A stretch of 64,000 nucleotides of DNA. It comes from Nitrospirales bacterium (GTDB lineage Bacteria > Nitrospirota > Nitrospiria > Nitrospirales > UBA8639). Both the position numbers and the translations under genes were made by a program. The notes beneath the pieces were generated by a model that worked only from the letters and a program-made list of their open reading frames with translations, was not told the origin of the DNA and searched no databases. The stretch's first letter is position 1, and the number at the start of each line of letters is the position of its first letter. Below are positions 1-12,917 of the stretch, piece after piece. The stretch spans positions 608,001 to 672,000 of the forward strand of contig CBDBCZ010000015.1 in the NCBI GenBank assembly GCA_965203295.1, read 5' to 3'.

Positions 1-1760
1 CACGGGTATGAACAAGTTTACACCGGTAAACAGAGGCTTACACGGGTGTATACACAAGTATTACCAAGCATACATAAGTATAAACAAGCTTACATGGGTA
101 TACACAAGTTTACACAAGTTTACACGGGTACACACAAGTATACACAGGTATACACATATACACATGAGTTTACACAAGTATAAACTATTATACGCGTGTA
201 TACACAAGTATACACATCTATACACGTGTATACACAAGCATACACAAGTATACATGGGTATACTCTGGTATACGTGGGTATACATACGTTTACAAGAATA
301 TACACAAGTATGTACTGTTATACACAAGTATGAACACGTATACACGGGTAGAAACAAGTATACACCGGTAAACAGAGACTTACACGGGTGTATATACGAG
401 TATTACCAAGCATACATAAGTATAAACAAGCTTACATGAGTATACACAAGTATACACAAGTATACACGAGTACACACAAGTATACACAGGTATACTAAAG
501 TATATACGCGAGTTTACACAAGCATAATCTATTATACGCGTGTATACACAAGTATACACATCTATACACGCGTATACACAAACATACACAAGTTTACATG
601 GGTACACTCTGGTATACGTGGGTATACATACGTTTACAAGTGTATACACACAAGTATGAACACGTATACACGGGTATGAACAAGTTTACACCGGTAAACA
701 GAGGCTTACACGGGTGTATACACAAGTATTACCAAGCATACATAAGTATAAACAAGCTTACATGGGTATACACAAGTTTACACAAGTTTACACGGGTACA
801 CACAAGTATACACAGGTATACACATATAAACACGAGTTTACACAAGTATAAACTATTATACGCGTGTATACACAAGTATACACATCTATACACGCGTATA
901 CACAAGAATACACAAGTATACATGGGTATACTCTGGTATACGTGGGTATACATACGTTTACAAGAATATACACAAGTATGCACTGTTATACACAAGTATG
1001 AACACGTATACACGGGTATGAATAAGTATACACCGGTAAACAGAGGCTTACACGGGTGTATACACAAGTATTACCAAGCATACATAAGCATAGACAAGCT
1101 TACACGGGTATACACAAGTATACACAAGTTTACACGGGTACACACAAGTATACACAGGTATTTACATATATACACAAGTTTACACAAGTATAAACTATCA
1201 TACGCGTGTATACACAAGTATACACATCTATACACGCGTATACACAAGCATACACAAGTATACATGGGTATACTCTGGTATACGTGGGTATACATACGTT
1301 TGCAAGGGTATACACAAGTGTGCACTGTTATACACAAGTATGAACACATATAAACGGGTATACAGAGGCTTACGCGGGTGTATACACAAGTATTACCAAG
1401 CATACATAAGTATAAATAAGCTAACACGGGTATACACAAGTATACACAAGTTTACACGGGTACACACGAGTATACACAGGTATACACATATATACACGAG
1501 TTTACACAAGTATAAACTATTATACGCGTGTATACACAAGTATACACATCTATACACGTGTATACACAAGCATACACAAGTATACATGGGTATACTCTGG
1601 TATACGTGGGTATACATACGTTTACAAGAATATACACAAGTATGCACTGTTATACACAAGTATGAACACGTATACATGGGTATGAACAAGTATACACCGG
1701 TAAACAGAGGCTTACACGGGCATACACAGGTATACACAAGTATACATGTGTATATACAAG

Positions 1761-2497
1761 TTTATACTATACCTAAGTCATTCTAACCAATCAGATTTCA
1801 GCATTTCGCATAGATAACGAGTCATATTCTACCGCGGGAAAAATATACCCCGATTGCCGACGTAAAACGGTACCCGGTTCCGTTCCATTCGTTCAAACGG
1901 TGAGAAAGCTACAGTAGCTGGTGGCTGGGGGAGCCTAGGCTGATTGTATGGCGGCTATTTTACCCATAAATCGTTGGAAAGTTATATGGAGAAGTACCGT
2001 AAGCTACTGTTTTCTAGTTTCGCTGAGATTCTGTGTTTTTGTGCGTGTGGTAACGCTGCCATCCTACCGTTTTGTGTCAAATGGCACTAGGCTCGGGATG
2101 GATGGTTACTTACTATGGCTCCTAGCAGTCGTTCAGTCTTGCTACAGTTTCTGGGAATGTTTTCCTTGCTCTAGCTTAGCCTTCTACTCCATCGATCGAA
2201 TCTTGATGCTAGTTGGCCTGCTTGCTCTATTGTGCCGAACGGTGCAGCCTTTCAAGCCTCTAGCTTTTCTTACAGATCTACAAACTCTTGTTAGAATGAC
2301 TTAGGCATAGTACAAAATAGAAAGATCACTGCGTAGTGGGTTGTATGGCCCGTTATCTACCTTGGAAAAGTTATCTCCCTTGGAAGCCTCGGAAGTACCT
2401 CAGGCTTCGCCCTCGGAACTTCCTAGGCTTCCGCGGGTGATAACTTTTCCCGCGGTAGATAACGGGTCGTACACCCCGCTACGCAGTGATCTATCCT
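1761..2497. mobile_element. Hairpin-terminated non-autonomous element 1 (IR-body-IR-hairpin; Crypton-like by inference)
   Basis: tttatactatacctaagtcattctaac (1761-1787) is inverted at 2290-2316. It is followed by an imperfect palindrome at 2323-2492 (arms ~85 bp) centred on ggc-ttc-gcc. Inserted in the satellite. Confidence 0.85.
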
Positions 2498-2826
2498 ATA
2501 CATAAACAGGTATACAGCGGTATACACAAATGTGCACAGGAAAACACGGGTATACACAGAAATACACGGGTATACACAGGTATACAAGTGTATACACATG
2601 TGTACCACAGTATACAATAGAATACACAAGTATACACGAGTATATATGGGTATACGAGGGTAAACACAAGTATGCCCGGCATACACAAGTATACACAAGT
2701 ATACCGGGCATATACAAATACACACAGTTAAATACAAGTATCACAAACGTACCAGGTATACACAAGTACACACAGGTATATCAAAGGTATACACAAGTGT
2801 AGACAGGTGTACACAAGTATACATGT

Positions 2827-3151
2827 AATAGTTGTACCATGGGTTTCTAGAGTGTATTGAATTTGTACTCCGAAGGCAGTTATATGTATTCCCGAGGGTG
2901 CAGCCCGAGGGAATACCTATAACTGCACGAAGAGTTCAAACCCATACACCCTAGAAACCCATGGTACAGGTGACTTGTACCATAATACAATTACAAACGC
3001 TGTTAGTTATAACAAGTGCTAATGGAGAAGCATGTTGCCTTGCAACCATATACCCTAGGTTATATTGACGGTTCAAATGAGTCGCTAGGGTGTAGGCTGA
3101 TATACCCTGGGCGGTGCCTTTCATGTAGAGGTGCATTGTGGTACAAGAATA
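2827..3151. mobile_element. Hairpin-terminated element 2
   Basis: Palindrome at 2833-2968 (tgtaccatgggtttctag...ctagaaacccatggtaca) with core cccgagggtgcagcccgaggg. The adjacent cttgtaccataataca (2974-2989) is inverted at 3132-3147. Confidence 0.82.
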
Positions 3152-3992
3152 CATACAAGTGTACACGATTATACACGGGTATACACATGTATACACAAAT
3201 ATACACCAGTATACACCAATGTATATTACTCTACACAAGTATACACAGTTGTAAACAAGTATTCACAACTATACACGTGTATACACAAGTATGAAGAGCT
3301 AAACCCGGGTATACACAAGTATACACAAACATACACTGGTATACACTGGTGGTATACGTGGGTATACACAGGTATACGTGGATATACCAAAGTATACGTG
3401 GGTATACACTAGATACAGGGGTATACACAGGTGCACTCTGGTACAAACATTGTATACACAAGTATACCCGGTATACACTAATATGCACAGGTATACACAT
3501 GTATACACAAGCATTAACAGGTTTACTAGTTTACAGGGGTATACAAGTATATGCAAGTATACATGGGTATACAAGAATATCCAGAAGTATACACAAGTAT
3601 ATGGAATATACACAAGTATACATAGGTATGCACCAGTATACCGGGTATACTCCAGTATACCAGGTATACAGAAGTACACACAGGTATACACAAGTATACA
3701 CAAGTACACCAGGTATACACAAGTACACACAAAGGTATACACAAGTATACACAGGTGTACACTGTTATACACAAGCATACACGAATATTACACACAGGTG
3801 TACTCGGTTATACACAAGTATACATATGTATACAAAAGTATACACGAGTATACACAGGTATACACAAGTATACACACATGTACACGCATACACAGGTATA
3901 CACAAGCAAACACAGGTATACAGATGTATGCTCGGGTATAAACAAGTATACACAAGTATACACAGGTATACACGTGTATACGTTGGTATGCG

Positions 3993-4346
3993 TATTAGTT
4001 AAAACCAGCCACCAAGGGCTGTATGGAATTTATAGCACACGAGTGCAATAACTAATTAGGGCTCTAATTAGATAATTATTGCATGAGTGCCCCATACAGC
4101 CTGCAGGTGGCTTGGTTTAACAGATTTGTAGCCCTATGGCTTCCAGTGCATGCTCAGCTTACCATCAGTGGCTTCCTTCAAGTGTACAGCTGCAACCACA
4201 GGACAATAACAGGTTATTGCCCTGCTCTGTGGTAAGCCACAGGGCAATAACCTGTATTGCCCTCCTCTGGGGTTACTACAGAGCATTATGGCATATATTG
4301 CCCAGTCGGTGCCTTTGATAGTATGGCTTCAAGGGCTACAAGTATA
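3993..4346. mobile_element. Hairpin-terminated element 3 (degenerate)
   Basis: Degenerate palindrome at 3998-4121 (gttaaaaccagccacc..gggctgtatgg...ccatacagcc..ggtggcttggtttaac). ttgtagccct (4126-4135) is inverted as agggctacaa (4332-4341). Confidence 0.7.
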
Positions 4347-5055
4347 GGTTAAACCACAACTCCAAGGGCTGTATGGGAAATACGTGAGTGCAATAATTCA
4401 ATTAGAGCACGAGGGCAAAGCCCAAGGGCTCTTGTTTAATCATTACACGAGTGGATTTCCCATACAGCCCTCTTCGAGCTGTGGTTTAACTTGTTTGTAG
4501 CATGGAATAGCGAGTGGAATGGCTCGTTGGTTTGAGCAGTAAGAGCGCTCGGCATCGGAAAGCAAGGTAAGTTACTCCACATCTGTCTGTAGTTTGTAGA
4601 GAGTCATACTGCCTGCCGTTGTGGCTAAGCGAGAGCTAGATCGGTGTTCTGTTGTAGCCTCTAGCTGCCTTTCATGTTCAATAAAGTTGCTAGGAGTGCT
4701 GTCTGTGCTAGTTGAGAAGATTTTGAGTTGTTAAAGCCTTTTTGTCATGCTTACCGTTTCCAGCTAGGTACCTTTCGGTTAGTGTCTACAAAGCTCTAGA
4801 GAGCCTTGCCGGTCAAGCTAACTGAATTATAGTACGTTTTTGAAGCTTGTCTGCGAAATATCCAGCCACGTACCGTCCGGTGAATGTCTACAGAGCTCTA
4901 GAGAGCCTACCTAGCTGTAGTCGCTAAGGCTTCTGGTGAAATATATGCCGTTATGCGGTGCAATATGGATATTGCACTGGAAGCGAGTGCTGTATGGAAT
5001 ATATTGCACTGTCGGTGCTTTGAACCACCCACGTACCTTGCTACAAACTAGTATA
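4347..5055. mobile_element. Hairpin-terminated element 4
   Basis: Palindrome at 4348-4490 with core cacgagggcaaagcccaagggc. gtttgtagcatgg (4493-4505) is inverted at 5036-5048. A partial reverse-strand copy lies at 31238-31615. Confidence 0.82.
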
Positions 5056-5284
5056 CACAGGTATACACAGGCATACACAGGCATACACAGGTATTCAGAG
5101 GCAGACACTGGTATACACAAGTATGACCAGGTATACACTAGTATACACAAGTATACAAGAGTATATACAAGTATACACACTTATACATGGGTAAACACAT
5201 GTATGCACAACCATACATGGGTATACACAAGTATACACTGGTATACAGTGGTAAACACACGTATACACTAGTATACACAAGCAT

Positions 5285-5683
5285 GTTAGGCAAATGCAAA
5301 TTCTATTCCTGCCACTAAGCGGTCACACGCACCTGGCAAAGCCAAGCTGCTTATGCACTAAGCAAGTACTATTGGCCAGTGCTGGTAAACTCCCGGAGCC
5401 GGGCTAGGAGCTCGCAGGAAGACTGATTGCTTCTCTCAGCATTTGGTGTTGGCACCCGAAGTCCCACCTGGACCAAGGCTGATACATGAGAGCAGCCAGT
5501 TGAATTCGCACCCCAGTGAAAATGCCAGGTACCCATTAGAGCTGGGAGGGCTGGTGTGTACAGGTGACATGAGATGGTACTTCACACCAAATAAATGATG
5601 GAAATAATATTTATTTACCAGGGGATTCGAACCACCAACCCTTGGGTTGTGAGTCCAGTGCTCTAAACACTCTGCCACCGTGA
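5285..5683 (-). mobile_element. tRNA-derived SINE
   Basis: Minus-strand head with A box (tggcagagtgtttag), B box (ggttcgaatcc) and a ctcacaa anticodon-like loop. The body contains cccagctctaatgggtacctgg. Flanked by satellite on both sides. Confidence 0.75.
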
Positions 5684-6382
5684 CACACACATACACAAGC
5701 ATACACGGGTATACACAAACACACAGGTAAACACAAATATACACAAATATACACGAGTATACATAAGTATACACTTGTGTACAGAAGTATACATTGGTAT
5801 ATACGAGTATATACAGGCATACAAAGTATACGCGAGGATACACTCATATGGTCTTGTATACACAGGTATACACAAGCATACACGAGTATACACAGGTATA
5901 CATGGGTATACACAAGTATATCCACAAGTAATCACGAGTATATACGACTATACGGGGGTATACACAAGTATACACAGGTATACACGTGTACACACAGGTA
6001 TACACGTTTATACACAGGTATACATAAATATACATAAGTACGTATACACGTTTATGCACAAGTATACACAAGTATACGGAGTTATACACAAGTATACACG
6101 GGTATACACAGGGGTATACACTGGTATACACAAGTGCACACAGGTATACGGCAATATACACCGGTATACACGTGTAGACCCGTGTAAACCTCAATATAAA
6201 TGTTGCCTCCTTCGCTGGAAGCAGCATTCTAATTAGTGGGCACACACACTAGGCTATTTGTATGCATAGATTTAGAGATATAGCACTCACCTCCATATCA
6301 TCTGGCCAAACCGCCTCCTAATGCCAACGTCCCTGATTGTGTACCCTCGTAATCAGGCCACCTGTAGAGGGTAGAGATATTA

Positions 6383-8162
6383 CCGTAAACTACGTATTAT
6401 CCGCCCATCTCCCTCTTTGAGTCAAAGTTACGATAGGGTATTTATGCCCTTGTAGCCCGTTGCTAGGTGGTTAAGTTTACAGAGGCCCTATAAATGGGTA
6501 AAATACCCCAGAAGAGGTGAATCAGCTATATCAAGTGTAAAAAGTAGCTATATCAGGGGTGAAGAATGGCTATAACTACCACAAAAACTTGAATTGTGAA
6601 TTTTTAAATTTAAATTTTTAAGAGCAAAATCAGTCAGTGAATGAATGAAGAGCAAAATGAAGAGACAGCTGGAAAACAACTGAAAACTACAAGCAGAGAA
6701 ACAACTAAAACAAGTTAGTCAGACCAAAACTCATTAAACTCGATATAAGTTATAGGTCCAGGATATTGCCCAGGGGTAAGGCTGGAAGTGAAGGAGGGAC
6801 TAAAGACTGTGGCTGGGGTAAGCTAGGACTGTGACAACTCTAGATTGTTACATTACGGCCAGAAAAGTTCATTTGCGGCACCAGTACAGGAAGCTGTACA
6901 GGAGGTGGTACCGGAGGTAGTACAGGAACACGTGAAGTGGTCTGCAATGACAGCTGTTTCTGGAAAGTTGTGCCATCTGTAGCTGAGAGGATTCGAGACG
7001 CCGTCTCCTGCTGACCGATTGTAGTGCACTCATAGTGACGAAGCCCACTAACTGACAAATGTCTCATTCCATTCCTGTATTAAATTTTCTGGAACACCAG
7101 CTTGATACAGGTCTATTGCACCTGTCACTCACAGGCTATGGTCGATCTTTCTGCCACTTATTCCTCCCTCAGAGTACACTTCTTTCACCATTTTACAGAG
7201 GGAGTTCTTCCCAATTGGGTTCACAGTAAACCATGGCTTTGAGGAGTCATCGTGAACGGTTGAACAGGGCTGCACATAGAAATTGTCACGAGTGAATGCT
7301 GCCGGAAAAAGCTTCGGTATGTATAGATCAAGTACATGAACATGGCATCGAGTACCAGCCTTGGGTGCAGCAACGATTAGTACAGCCTTGTTTTTCACAC
7401 GCACCTGTGCCAAGCCACCGGAACAATTCTTAGACGTGTTCTCTGTGTAGGCATACCTGAGGGGATCAGTGAACTTCTTGTGCTGGCTGAGCTTGAGTTG
7501 CTGGTGTTCTTCTCCCCCTAGTAAACAAAAGTTCTTTCCATTTGGAAAAAAAAATTGCATGCAACAATACCTTCGTATTCTTTGTTGACCGCACACCAGA
7601 CTCCCCTGAGCATTTCTTCTTCCGCTTTTGTGAATGGCTGTGCTTCCTTAGTCTCAGAGCCAACTCCCTGCAGCCACAGTTCTCGAAGAGCGTTGTCAAG
7701 GGCGTTATGAAAAGACGAAAATCGCTGATCTCCTGTGTCCAAGAAGTTGGGGCTACAAGTGGGCTGAGCGTGCGTATGATGAAATAGCCCAGTTAGCAGC
7801 ATGTAAACAGATTTGGAGGGTATCGACTGCCATCTTGCTTCCTTGTCTCAGCTACAAACACTGCTTTTGATTGTAAAACCGACGGTAAGTCCGTAAGCCA
7901 CTTCACTTTTTATTGGATAACAGTAGTGTGCATGCTTCTTTAATAACTAGTTCCTCACAATTTGCATTCACTGTGGTGTGGTACTTGCCTAGAAAAGCTA
8001 TACTTACCTCGTATGCTCGCTTTGCATACCGCACGTTTGAAAAATGTTTGAGTGGGGGGATACTACATGGCCTTTATAAAACTACGTATTATCAGCCCCC
8101 TCCCCTCTTTCAGCTTGCACTTAAGCGGGCCCGCCCATGAGCGGATATTACGTAGTTTACGG
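6383..8162. mobile_element. Tc1/mariner-pogo-type TIR element (TA target duplication) carrying a Crypton fragment
   Basis: TA|ccgtaaactacgtattatccgc ... gcggatattacgtagtttacgg|TA, with one mismatch in 22 bp. A subterminal copy of the TIR motif lies at 8078-8100. A paralogous empty site is at ~8800-8850. Confidence 0.88.
6985..7880 (-). pseudogene. Crypton-type tyrosine recombinase (DUF3504/ZMYM-QRICH1-like), decayed
   Basis: Frameshifted translation: FVAETRKQDGSRYPP..LRELWLQGVG..GKNFCLLGGEEHQQLKLSQ..YTENTSKN..CHVHVLDLY..PWFTVNPIGKNSL..KIDHSL*VTG..LRHYE. This matches the R..K..HxxR..Y layout of the family. The first catalytic Arg reads Leu and the HxxR Arg is a stop. Confidence 0.85.
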
Positions 8163-8265
8163 TACCATCTCTGCATGGGTGAGGATTAGACCTAGGTCTA
8201 TTGGCTGGTGGGTATAGTGTTAACTATGTACGTGCATACCCAGACACATATATAATATTATACAT

Positions 8266-8409
8266 ATTGCAAACTTCTGTGAGAAGATAAGCTTTCTGAG
8301 AGAGTAAAGTAATCCCGAAAAATCGGGACCCAGCTGGGGATTCAACCCAGGACCTTCTGAATACTAGTCAGATGCTCTTACCAATTGAGCTATTGGAGCC
8401 CCCTTGGCA
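8266..8409 (-). mobile_element. tRNA-Thr(AGT)-containing dispersed element, 5'-truncated copy
   Basis: Near-identical to the copies at 25327, 39731 and 51413. Cloverleaf with anticodon arm tctga-ctAGTat-tcaga, plus the conserved tail ending gaagtttgcaat. Confidence 0.85.
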
Positions 8410-8639
8410 TATGCATGTCTATAGTACATTATGATTATATTATAGGGCCTGCGAGAGTGACCTCCACGTTTCCAGGCTTTGGGTTAGGAATCAGTACTAT
8501 CACCTACGTATGTATAAAAATGGGGAGGTATGTGGGGCGAACTGGCTAACACACAGCTCGGGTTAGGGTTGGGCTGCTGAATGAATAGCAGGAAAACATA
8601 TATTATACGGCAGCATGAGCTAGGGTTAGGCATTTACAC

Positions 8640-8850
8640 CCCTCTAGCTGGAGGCAGCATTCTAATTAGAGGGCATGCATACTAGACTATTTTGTATGCA
8701 TGGATAAAGAGATATAGTAGACCCACCTCCATATCATCTGGCCTAACCGTTTACTAATGCAGATGTCCCTCATCACGTACCCTCATGATCAGGCCACCTG
8801 CAGAGGGTAGAGGTATTACTATCTCTGAGTGGTTAGGGTTAGGCCTACAT
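8640..8850. repeat. Dispersed repeat; uninterrupted paralogue of 6205-6382 + 8163-8200
   Basis: Shared gcagcattctaattag...cacctccatatcatctggcc...atcaggccacctg.agagggtagag.tatta. The first copy is split at that TA. Confidence 0.85.
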
Positions 8851-8853
8851 GTA

Positions 8854-9155
8854 GGGAATCCGTGGATATTCTGACAGAGTGGTAGGAGGATGTGTCCATC
8901 CGAGGATGATCCTGGGATAGTCACAGTTAATAGGGAATCCGGGGATACTCTAACAGAGGGCGTAGGAGTATGTGTCTATCCAAGGATGATCCTGGGATAG
9001 TCACAGTTACCAGGGAACCCGTGGATACTTTGACAGAGGGTGTAGGAGTATGTGACCGTCCGAGATTAATCCTGGGATAGTCAGTGGATACTCTGACAGA
9101 GGGGGTAGGAGTGTGTGCCCATCCTGGATAAATACTGGGATATATACAGTTAATA
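8854..9155. repeat. Minisatellite, ~79-bp unit, ~4 copies
   Basis: gggaatccgtggata..gatgatcctgggatagtcacagtt recurs at 8854, 8933 and 9013, with a shortened fourth unit. Confidence 0.9.
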
Positions 9156-9269
9156 GTTAGCACTTGACTGGAAAAGGCTCAAGTTACTTTGGACACATGA
9201 AAACCCCTGACGTGTCACGGCGTCATTAGACGACCCTCAGCTCTCATGTCCTCCACATAAAGAGCGCTG

Positions 9270-10330
9270 ATGTGGTGTCATGTGATGTTGTTCCCATTGC
9301 ACCGGGTATCGGTATGCCTCATACACTATGTAGCATGTTTCCGCAACCACACTGGGGAGCAAGTCAATTCACTACGGTCCACATACATACCCAGAGTGAC
9401 CTCTTGCTGAATGGTCAAGCAATTCCTGGCTGTCTTTCATCTGATGAGGTGGGTCTGAGAAGAAAAGTAGCTCCCTATCTTCTGAGGTAAAAGGGTTTGG
9501 TACCTTGTGCACCATCTCAGATCCAGCACTATGCAACTTAATGAACCGACGATTTACCGAGTTGCCATCCAAAGTAGCGCCTGATACCTATATGTATAAG
9601 CATAAACCATAGACTGCTATATATATGCAAACACAATGTCGTGTGTTAATGTACTAACCTTCAGGCCACGACTTTCAATTCTGCACACCGCATCCCAGAA
9701 TGGATTGTACAGCTTCTCTCCTGTCAGAGTACTGCATGGGAACTATGCATAGGGGATCTGCAACTTGTTAAACAGTTCCCACAGCATGAAGACTAGCACA
9801 GATTTCGCCAAGAACAGTGGGTGCTCACCACCAATGAGAGCCATTTCGTAGGTACCCAGCTGATCATTGATGTCACCAAGGTTGGTGGAGCCGATCAGTT
9901 CACCGGTGTGTTTGTAATAAACAAGGTCTTCGCGTACATGCATCTCATCCAGAAGCAGTAAAACATACTTGTTGCGCTCGGGACAGCTGTTCACCTCAGC
10001 AGCTTCAACCAGCAGGTCGTCGACTTTCTCAGGACTTGCATTAGCATAAATCCATGTAGTCACACAGGGTGTGTTGTGATGGGAGCTTCAACACCCCTCA
10101 TTCCCATATGGCCAGATAATAATAATAAAAGACAATAATGCCAACTGTATCATAAAAATACCCTGGAACGATGATGGATGTACAAGCACCATCTAATCAT
10201 CAGAGGGCGCCTGCGCATGCCCTAGGAATCACCCCTCGACGCTGCTGCCTTTTGCTATAATTTGCCAAAATAGCTCCTGAAAGGACTTCGGAGGAAGGAC
10301 TGTCACCGATTGAAGGTTTCTTGTTTGGCT
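9270..10330 (-). pseudogene. P-element/THAP9-type transposase, central part, decayed and intron-containing
   Basis: PPKSFQELFWQ..MRRRPLMIRWCLY..LKLPSQ..YVLLLLDEMHVREDLVY..GELIGSTNLGDIN..LAKSVLVFM..FWDAVCRIESRGLK|VSGATLDGNSVNRRFIKLH..FFSDPPH. GT-AG intron at ~9587-9658. Confidence 0.85.
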
Positions 10331-11214
10331 ATCCATGAATTACGAATTATCACACTTCTCCAACCTTTAACAAACTAAAAACGTTTCTTGCCAACGCTTG
10401 GACTAACTGCGTTGGCGTTCTTCAGGGCCACGAAACACACAGAAAACTATGCAAATTAAGCGCTACGCTGCAAATCGAGCCCCGCCTCTTGATGGCGTCA
10501 TCTTCCGGAGCGTCTTATTATTCCAACTTCTGAGAATGTGTCGCCGATCGCTAATTAGTATGCGATCGGCGCTGAGGATCAAAGTGGGCTGGCTCGCGAG
10601 ACTAACACGGACTATGGTCAGTGAAGCAGTCATTATGGGCTATTTTACGGTAGTCATTATAGGCTATGTACTATAAATAGCAAGCTTGTTATGATGCGCG
10701 TTTAATACCAAGAAAACATGTAAGGCGGGCGATGTCGGGCACCACGAGCACTGTATAGGATCGCTTGCAGTATCTTGACGGGAGATGTGGGTCTAGGTAT
10801 TCCTACACACCTCCAGTGCACTTTATCGGCTGCACAGTCGCCTGTGTTTTGTTGACTGGTGTACCACAGCCAGGTACGTCATGTATGAACTAGAGCCAGG
10901 AGATTGCTGTGTAATTGCATTCCATAGAGCGATCCTAGGTGGGTACAAGTTGGGATAAGCCAGCTAGACTATTACATGACTCAGATAAATGCTCATGCTC
11001 ATATAAATGTTTAGGGATGTGAACTACCTTGCGACTATCCTGTGGATCAGTATAATATGAGTTAGGGCAAGTTGTGAGGAGTTAAACTGTGGGTATATAT
11101 CAGTCTGAACAGCGTTCAACCGAGGGTACTTTGTCTCCCCTCAGACCCTGCTTAAACCAGCCCACTCCCAACTTGAACCATACGATAATCCACACCTAAA
11201 GGAGAGTTCATTAA

Positions 11215-11470
11215 TATATAAACCATGGCCAGGAGGTGTACATGTATATCAGTGATATACCACCTGCCGTGGAGGTGTTTGGGAATATACCATGAGGGTC
11301 GCAGGCTTAAGGTATAACCCTCTGAACACCAGGAAGTAGTATAGCAATAATATTCACCGATTGGACATGGTTCATATCATGTAGAATCTTGACGAGGTGT
11401 AATCCTCTTGCAGTTTCCATAGCAACATGGTTTACTCCCGCATACGATCACAAACTACTTTATACCTTGA
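11215..11470. mobile_element. Degenerate hairpin-terminated element
   Basis: tataaaccatggcca...tggacatggttcatat (~11217-11377) around the core catgagggtcgcaggcttaagg. Confidence 0.5.
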
Positions 11471-11959
11471 GCATCAGTTGGTGGATCTGCAATAGCCACT
11501 GAACCCACTTTCACCGCTTAGTGTACTCAAATTCTATTACAGGACATCTCCAGTCTTCTGTTCTACTCCATTCTATGTATTCCTATTCCATAAGGCTTAT
11601 TATGGTGTACCAAAGTATTGCAAACTGATTTTTTTCTGTAGTTTGGGTATATACAATTGCACGAGACACGTGATGACACTCCATATATTATAAACTTTCT
11701 GCATTGTGTCCTTACAGATATAGATTCATGGCGACATGGACAAGAGGGTGAATATGTCAATCAAGGAGCTATTATCTGTCAACAACTTGGGCAATATGCT
11801 TTGGAAAGCTGGTCTTGGTGTTGGCAGGTAGAAGCTACTTTGTTCACAGCCATAGTGATCTGAACATGCACAAAGCCCACGTATGTGCACCATTTAATGC
11901 AAGCTGTGATGTGCCACTATTTTTGGCTATGATGAAATGCTAGTCTCCAGAACTACAGA

Positions 11960-12300
11960 TTTGATTCGTCGATGTCCAGCACCAAAGTGGGGGAAATGGC
12001 TGTAGGTTGTTTGCTGCTGCATTTGCAGAGGCTCTGTGCAGAGGGGAAGACTCACATCTGATGAGTTTTAGCCAGCAGCACATGCGAGAGTACCCTTGGA
12101 GTTTCTTACAAAAGAGGTATTTCCTTCAGCAGACAAGCCACATCAGCTGAATCAGTCATGAGCGAAGTCAACCTCAGCATTGCAGGTGTATTGTATATGC
12201 CGAATGCCATTGAACAAGCAGATAGCTAGTCTTGACATCCTCACTCAGTCTACACTGAAGCCACAGTGGTATGGTCTTGTGGTGCATGTGTTAACAATGT
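11960..12300 (+). pseudogene. ULP/SENP-type protease plus PHD-finger fragment (transposon cargo type)
   Basis: VDVQHQSGGNGCRLFAAAFAEALCRGEDSHLMSFSQQHMRE (QxxxxDCG-like motif), then QVYCICRMP and WSCGAC. Frameshifted. Confidence 0.65.
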
Positions 12301-12604
12301 GTTGTTATTTTTCTGCCTCTGTTTCCGACATGACAGTTCTCCAGTGCAAAATAATATTATTAGTTACCGGTTAGGTAATTATCATGTAGCATGCAGTCTC
12401 CAATCACTGGACTGGTACAGCTTGAGTCTTGTAAGTAACTACTCAAATACTCACAGTTGTATTCTGCCAAAGGTCACATAAAAGCGTTTTTAATACTCCG
12501 GTCATGCCAGACAGGTTTGGTCCGCACTGGTCCGTGTTTTAGTGAACTTGGTCCGTAGTTGGTCCATAAGTTGGTCCATTGGTCCGGACCTGTCTGTATA
12601 TTAG

Positions 12605-12870
12605 TCTGGTATCCGCTATCCAGAGTCACAATTGAGCAGCTGCTCGGATGGAGTTAGTTGTATATAGATAGCTTCCTTCACCAAGAGCTCCTTCCTTGAA
12701 GTGGTATCTAAGATCTTGACTCATTCCCAGTCTGGACTGGCTCCAGCTTCCCAGGCGTGATCAGCTACAGCACATTTCTCAGTGTTACAAAGGTGGTACT
12801 CCTCTTGATGCTCCCTAATGCGAGTACCGAGGGCTCTCTGAGTCTCTCCGACATACACTTTTTCACACGT
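12605..12870 (-). mobile_element. Penelope-like retroelement GIY-YIG endonuclease fragment
   Basis: CEKVYVGETQRALGTRIREH..KCAVADHAWE..PDWE*VKILD..RKELLVKEAIYIQL..LLNCDSG*. Not in the ORF track because of stops. Confidence 0.85.
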
Positions 12871-12917
12871 GCGTTTTTAGTGTGTCAATGGTTGGAGAAG
12901 TGGAATAATTCATGACT

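Larger units (their letters stand above)
1..6190. repeat. Satellite built on a ~10-bp GTATACACAA/GTATACACAG unit, interrupted by several inserted elements
   Basis: Hundreds of degenerate gtatacacaa/gtatacacag/gtatacacgg units. The Y/T/H/V/C-rich ORFs in all frames are by-products. Confidence 0.97.

Noticed and set aside
5340..5520. HDV-like ribozyme in the SINE body
   Set aside because: Could not build the nested double pseudoknot by eye.
8..6245. Many overlapping Y/T/H/V/C-rich ORFs
   Set aside because: Stop-poor translations of the 10-mer satellite in all frames.
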